From sequence record NC_028925.1: a DNA stretch of 64,000 bases. One strand, written 5' to 3'. The position numbers and the translations under genes were made by a program. Below are positions 63,046 to 64,000 of this stretch, in pieces; positions within the stretch are counted from its first letter, which is position 1; each line of letters opens with the position of its first letter. Origin of the DNA: Escherichia phage vB_EcoM_VR25. Below the pieces are notes generated by a model. That model was not told the DNA's origin, ran no database searches, and saw only the letters and a list, made by a program, of their open reading frames with translations.

Positions 63046-63999
63046 TTAGAATTGTTCAGTTACATCGTCAAGAACCAGGTAACCACAAACTCTCATTTTT
63101 GAATCATTATAATCCACCGGGATACTTACAACATCACGCGGGTGAACTTTACAGGATACGATACGGCCATCACCATGACCAAAACCGCTTCCGATATAAC
63201 CTTTAGAGCAAACATGCAGTCCAGTTGAACAGGTCTGTTCGTCATTGTCATTCACACGAGAGCGCGGCATTTTAACATATTGACCAGGGCTGTTGTCAAA
63301 TGTATTTGAGTGACAATCTTTGTAGGTTGAACGAACCATTTTCCAGGCGATGAAATGACCGTCTTCAGTGATTTCGATATCGTTCGCAACCAGGAAGTCA
63401 AACAAACGCTGTACTGCTTTCTCGCTTGGGTTCTCAAGGAGATTCTCAAGGAACGGCAGATAGAATTCAAAATCTTCGCCATTTTGCATTGAATTGATGA
63501 TACGAGTAACCAGACCGGAGCGCAGTTCAATTCCCTGATAGAACAGACTACCGCCTTCAATACGCACATCGCCTTTCACATATTTTTGCACCGCAGCTTT
63601 GATAGAGATAAACTCGATAGCATCATCAAAACGAGATTCTTTGAGTGCCTGGATAATAGCATCAAAGTGTTTATGGTCTTTTGTTGCGTTCCAGACTGTA
63701 CGACCTTCGGTGATGGAAACAAATTTGCTTGATGCGTTCCATACGATTTCCGGTCGGCTTCCACCAATTGTATCAGTAACTGGGACCACTTGAGGTTCAT
63801 TAGGAACCGTTACTGTAATATTTCCGGTAATAACTACTTCAGAAGGCTTAAATTCTTTATCATTTTTCAAAACGCGACGAATGGTATCAACTGAAATATT
63901 GTACCAGTCAGCTAGTTCCTGTTGTGTATAGTTACCTGAAGCATACAGAGAAACAATTTGTTTTTGTTCGTATTCAGAGACGCATTTAATATTGTACAT
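63046..63999 (-). CDS. rIIB: rIIB membrane-associated protein
   Basis: 317 aa; matches remembered T4 rIIB (MYNIKC…SGNYTQQELADW…SVDTIRRVLKN…DVRIEGGSLFYQ.IELRSGLV…FEFY.PFLENLLENPS.KAV.RLFDFLVANDIEITEDG…). Confidence 0.9.
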   Translation of the reverse strand: MYNIKCVSEYEQKQIVSLYASGNYTQQELADWYNISVDTIRRVLKNDKEFKPSEVVITGNITVTVPNEPQVVPVTDTIGGSRPEIVWNASSKFVSITEGRTVWNATKDHKHFDAIIQALKESRFDDAIEFISIKAAVQKYVKGDVRIEGGSLFYQGIELRSGLVTRIINSMQNGEDFEFYLPFLENLLENPSEKAVQRLFDFLVANDIEITEDGHFIAWKMVRSTYKDCHSNTFDNSPGQYVKMPRSRVNDNDEQTCSTGLHVCSKGYIGSGFGHGDGRIVSCKVHPRDVVSIPVDYNDSKMRVCGYLVLDDVTEQF

Positions 64000-64000
64000 A

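Overview
The window reads as a ~64 kb segment of a T4-type (Tevenvirinae-like) myovirus genome, colinear with phage T4 from the 3' end of capsid gene 24 through rIIB. All calls come from reading the supplied ORF translations and the DNA by eye; no searches were run and T4 comparisons are from memory. Recognisable blocks: rnlB, hoc, inh, uvsW, uvsY, baseplate genes 25-26-51-27-28-29-48-54, alt, DNA ligase 30, the 30.x array, rIII, 31, cd, pseT, a spanin pair, rnlA, denA, nrdB, nrdA, td, frd, 32, 59, 33, dsbA, rnh, long-tail-fibre genes 34-38, holin t, asiA, motA, 52, ndd and rIIB. No tRNA, rRNA or CRISPR array was found. The most unusual feature is a plus-strand two-gene insertion beside hoc: a 526-aa collagen-like (Gly-X-Y)n protein followed by a second Hoc-like protein sharing the C-terminal capsid-binding domain of canonical Hoc. 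I propose this as a candidate capsid-decoration fibre module (hypothesis). Other deviations from T4: a free-standing HNH endonuclease gene on the opposite strand whose 3' end overlaps pseT; a partial tandem duplication at the alc position; extra tandem repeats in the His-x-His tip of gp37; intron-free td and nrdB; and many reiterated ~50-60 bp promoter/stem-loop/leader cassettes in the early-gene regions, some with compensatory stem changes. Coordinates of ORFs shorter than 60 aa were derived by hand and may be off by 1-2 nt.
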